Source of the DNA: the human T2T-CHM13v2.0 reference genome, Homo sapiens
Reading direction: 5' to 3' (one strand)
DNA length: 64,000 bases
NCBI RefSeq assembly: GCF_009914755.1
Contig: NC_060925.1
Of the stretch, positions 58,245 to 64,000 are shown one piece after another. Both the position numbers and the translations under genes were made by a program. The stretch's first letter is position 1, and the number at the start of each line of letters is the position of its first letter. Under the pieces are notes generated by a model, which was not told the DNA's origin, did no database searches, and saw only the letters and a list, made by a program, of their open reading frames with translations.

Positions 58245-60289
58245 CGGCAGGAAGGAGGGGCCGAACGATCCCGGGAGCTGCTCGGGAAAGGAGAGCAAAG
58301 TGAGGGACGGGGTCCTGCCCTACCAACGCGCTTCCGAGGCTGGGAAACCATGTGGACGCTGGGATGGGGGCGGTGGCGGTTTTGCATGAACGATCGGTTC
58401 CTCAGGTTCTTGCTCCTGCTGTCAAGATACAAGCAGCACACCTCACAACCACCCATGCCCTCAGTCTGCTCAGAGTCGGGGGTTCCCCTCTTTGATCACC
58501 CCACTCCGCCCACCCCAGGGGACTGGTGAACAGCACAGAGGCCAGGAATCGGAGACATCTGCGAGAGAGGCGGAGCAATCCTGGCAGAGTTCAGCCGGCG
58601 CTGAAGAAGCCGCAAGAAAACGTGGAACAAGACCTCTGTCTAGTGAAGGTCATTTATGTGCAAGCTGAGGGTTTAACACTTTGGTGGTGGGAAGGGTTGG
58701 GGCCCTCCAGGACGAGGGAGGCGGCTACTGAGCGCCACCATCTGGGCTGAACTTGAGGGGAGAAAGCTCCACCCACCTCGTGGCTTTTCCGAGCTCTTTT
58801 CTTGGGGGACCCACCCCCTCTCTATTTGGAAGCGAATATAGCCTGAGAAACCTCGAGAGTGAGTGTGAGTCCTGTGACTACTTGGCCCCTGCGGTCTGAG
58901 TGTCTGTGCTTTTGCATATATGTATCCCTCACCCCTCTACCCAGCCCTCACTGGGCGCCATGCTCTGTGCTGCGGATGCCCTGGTGAACCACGCTGTCTC
59001 TGCCAGAGTCCATACCTCTTTGAACGCCGAGTGTAAGGAGGATTCCTGGCATCGTAGATCACTGGCCATTTACAACCCGCTTTCATGTGCCATTTCTGCG
59101 TGTGTGCTTGTGTATATGTGCGAGTAAATGCACACGTGCCCACTCAGACATACTTGCTGGACAGTAGCAATAGGAGGAGTAGGTGGGAGGAATTGGTCTT
59201 CTTTACCTGCAGAAAGAAAGGTCATCAGGAGAGGCTGTGGCTTGGACACCACAGGAGACAAGCCCCCTGAGGAAGCAGAAGGAGGTGTGGCATCCCTCCA
59301 GTCCTTGGATGCAGGCGGGACTTCTAAAACCAGACCTACCTGAGGAAGGGTTCTCACACTGCCACCTCCTTTCCATCTTCATTCTCCTCACGCTCGATTT
59401 CTCCCCTCCCCCTGCCTCCACCTCTGGGAGATGGTATTTTTAGAAGCTGCTTAGAGACCCAGGACTCCTTTCATTTCAAAATGAGTCCTCACTCCACCAC
59501 CCCTCACTCCTCTTTAAAACCGGGTTCCATCCCCTTAGCAGGCTCTAAGGCACCAATCATGGCTTCTTACTGAAGCTCCAGGGACTTCAGCCCAGAGGTT
59601 CTGACCCTCGGTGCTAAAACAAAATACAGACTTCCTCTGAACCTGACAAGGATCTTTCAGAAACCAAACAGATGGGGGAAATTATCTGGGGAAATCTACA
59701 TAGGATGCTCTGGCAAATACCTGACTGTTGGAGTCTGGTTTCTACCCTCTTCCACCACACACACCTTCACGCATCTGGGGGAAATTTCCAGACAGAGACC
59801 CTAGGAATAGGGGGAAAGAAGAGGAAAAAAAAGGAGTGAAATAATCCTTCCCTTTCTTCCTCTGAGCAATTCATTTACAATAAAACCAGAATGGAGAAGC
59901 CCCAGTGAATGCAGATATATGCAAATCAGCTGGATGTTAATAAGAGTTGCTCTAAGGCGGACCCCACTCTACCAGGAAGCCGCAGAACTGAAAGCTCAGT
60001 AAAGAAATTCCGGAGGGCCTTAGAAGGAAACCAACCCATTGTTTATCTCGACCTTTAAGTGCTGGGGGCCAGTTAACTAATGGAAGGGGTTAGGTTCCTC
60101 CCAGGAATAGCAATGGGGACTAGTGAAATTGGGGGTGGGGACAGAGAAGGGGTATCTGTCTATGGCATTCAACCCTCAGCCCTCAGCAGCTTTGGGCTGC
60201 TTTCTGTCTATGGTGCTGAATCCAACAGAGTCTGGACATTCAGTTAGACCTGGGACTTCTCTGCTGCCATGTTCTGATCCTTGGCAGGA

Positions 60290-61335
<1,046 letters not shown>

Positions 61336-61540
61336 GCCTCCACTTCTTTCTTTGTAAAATAGGAACAAAAACAGTTTTCAGAGTTATTGTGAGGTCAGAA
61401 TATAATTTTTACATGTGACCCAGCTCTGTGCTTGGCACATAGCTCTGGTATATATTATTTTTCAACTCCATGGTTAATTAAGGTAAACAACAACAACAAC
61501 AAACAAACAAACAAAAAACAGAAGAAAAAAGGAAAAGAAG

Positions 61541-61846
<306 letters not shown>

Positions 61847-62489
61847 TTAAGTGGTGAAGTAGGAAGAGAGAAAGATATATATAATTAGAGAGAGAGAGTC
61901 ATAGAGGAAAAGACAGAATGAGGGATAAAGAAAGAGACAGCTGATTGAGATGAATGTGGCTAGGAAGCACAGGAGTCTGAAAGAAATGTGCTTGAAGAGA
62001 CAGGAGTGTCATCAGGGCAGGCTGGCTGGCCAGCTGACAAGTGGCATCAGAGGTGACTTTTACCTTGGTAAATTCATCATGGTCCAGGCTTATGAACTTG
62101 ACTTTAACAGCATTAAGAGAGAACCTATCTATTGGGGAATGGAAAGTAGATCCTACTAACCCAGCTCCTATCCTGCTATCTGAGCCAGAGAAGCCATGTA
62201 TTAATTTATGATGAGAAATAGAACTGCCAAGGGGACCAGAATGCTCACAATGCCATGTCCAGCACATTCTTTCCCCGTAGGAAAATATGCACAGGAAGCC
62301 AATTTATGATGTGAAGACAGCTTTGAGAGTGGGACGGGAGGGAGGTGAATGGTTTAAATATTTGATGGCATCAGGCTCGGATAGCTTTGTGCCTCCAAAT
62401 CCCCAGAAGGAATAAACCTGCTACTGGCACCTGAGTAACTGTGTAGGGGCCAGGACTGGGATGGAATATACAAATATGTGCTTCTCTGA

Positions 62490-62537
62490 CTCTCTCTCTC
62501 TCTCTCTCTCTCCCTAATACATATATACATACACACA

Positions 62538-62585
<48 letters not shown>

Positions 62586-62610
62586 CACACATACATATAT
62601 TTATGTATGT
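62490..62610. repeat. Compound (TC)n/(TA)n/(CA)n microsatellite
   Basis: Direct reading. Confidence 0.9.
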
Positions 62611-62612
62611 AT

Positions 62613-62889
62613 TAGAGACAAGCACTCTGTTGCCCAGGCTGGAGTGCAGTGGTGCAATCATAGCTCACTGCAGCCTCAACCTCCTGGGTTCAAGCAATCC
62701 TCCAACCTCCTGGGTAGCTAGGACTACAGGCACACACCACCATGCTCATAATTCTTTTTATTTTTTCTTTTGTAGAGACAGGGTATCACTATGTTCCCCA
62801 GGCTGGTCTCAAAGTCTGGCCTAAAGTGATCCTCCTGCCTCGACCTCCCAAAGCATTGGGATTACAGGTGTGGACCACCATATCCAGCC
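62613..62889 (-). mobile_element. AluJ
   Basis: Reverse dimer; its tail grades into the (TA)/(CA) microsatellite. Confidence 0.85.
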
Positions 62890-63838
62890 TTCTGACTCTA
62901 TATTTTTGTTCTAGCTCTACTTCTGAGCAGCCCATTTTTAGATTGAAGTTCTTTTAAATTTAAATCACCAAAGTAATATAAACTAATGAAAATTGTATAA
63001 GTAAAAATATCCATCCTTTCCACTCCAGATAGTCCCCCTCCCAAATTTAAATTCTGCTAAAGATTGATATGTACAATTCCTGATATTTTCTACCCACACA
63101 CACAACTTTACAGAAAATTAATACATCTATTAGTGTCATAAACACTGTTGATTATTTACCCAATAGCTTTCCCCTTTCATATTTTATATTGCTGGCAGAG
63201 TCCCAGTTTTATTTGGATGTTCTTCTACTGTAGTTGTTTGTTAGTGAAAGATGATCCTCTCCCCAAGTTCAGGGATAAGTAAAGATTGCTGTTTGGTAAT
63301 CATTCCCATCCCATTCCATGTAGTGTGTGATTACAACCCTGGCCTTCTGAATTAGAAATTATAGAAAAGATTTTCACTCCTAATAAACAGAGATGGATGA
63401 CAGGCAGCATTCCACTTCTTCTCTGGATGTCATGTCTGCATTTGACACCTGGAGCTGCTGCAGCCATTATTACAACATCATGAAGGGGGATATCTCCACA
63501 TTGGCAGTTAAGATTTTTCAGTCGTGTTTAACAGGAAACCAAATAAAACTGGCTTAAACAAAAATGAGATTGTATTGGTTGATATAATTGGATAGGAGTA
63601 GATCTGTATAGAACAGTAAGATTTTGCATTGGAATTCTGGTAGAGTGCAAAATCACCAAACCTGGATACTCTAAAAAAGAATGCAATTGAAATCCTAGAA
63701 CTGAAAAATATAATAATTGAATTTAACATAGTAGATGGAGCTGATAGCAGGTTAGACACAGCTAATTCTAGGATTAATGATGTGAAATATAGTTTCAGCA
63801 TAAAATATCTAGTATCAGAAGAGAGAAAAGAATTGAAA

Positions 63839-64000
<162 letters not shown>

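Noticed and set aside
58729-58748. CTCF-like CCAGATGGTGGCGC on the minus strand
   Set aside because: Two core mismatches; cannot be supported without a PWM score or ChIP data.

Overview
Human-like (Alu/L1-rich) genomic DNA that I recognise as the CDCA8-EPHA10 locus (chr1p34.3, from memory). The + strand carries the last exon and 3' UTR of CDCA8/borealin (CDS tail 1026-1070, AATAAA 2392). The - strand carries the complete 17-exon EPHA10 gene (ATG 57595, stop 11084). The exons splice by hand to 3027 nt (1008 aa): signal peptide, ephrin-binding domain, Cys-rich region, 2 FN3, TM, pseudokinase, SAM and a PDZ-type tail VQV. The rest is mostly Alu, L1, MaLR LTR and DNA-transposon fossils, plus a Y3 RNA retrocopy and a U13 snoRNA retrocopy. 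I found no new gene family or self-contained novel system. The most notable unexplained or regulatory signals are: a tandem pair of REST/RE1-like sites in intron 1; a 109-bp ungapped inverted duplication upstream of EPHA10; an in-frame cryptic acceptor beside a (UG)n tract in intron 14; a GC-AG intron; and intronic read-through/polyadenylation routes to secreted and SAM-less isoforms. Exon coordinates were checked by reading frame. Repeat boundaries and subfamily names are approximate and made by eye.
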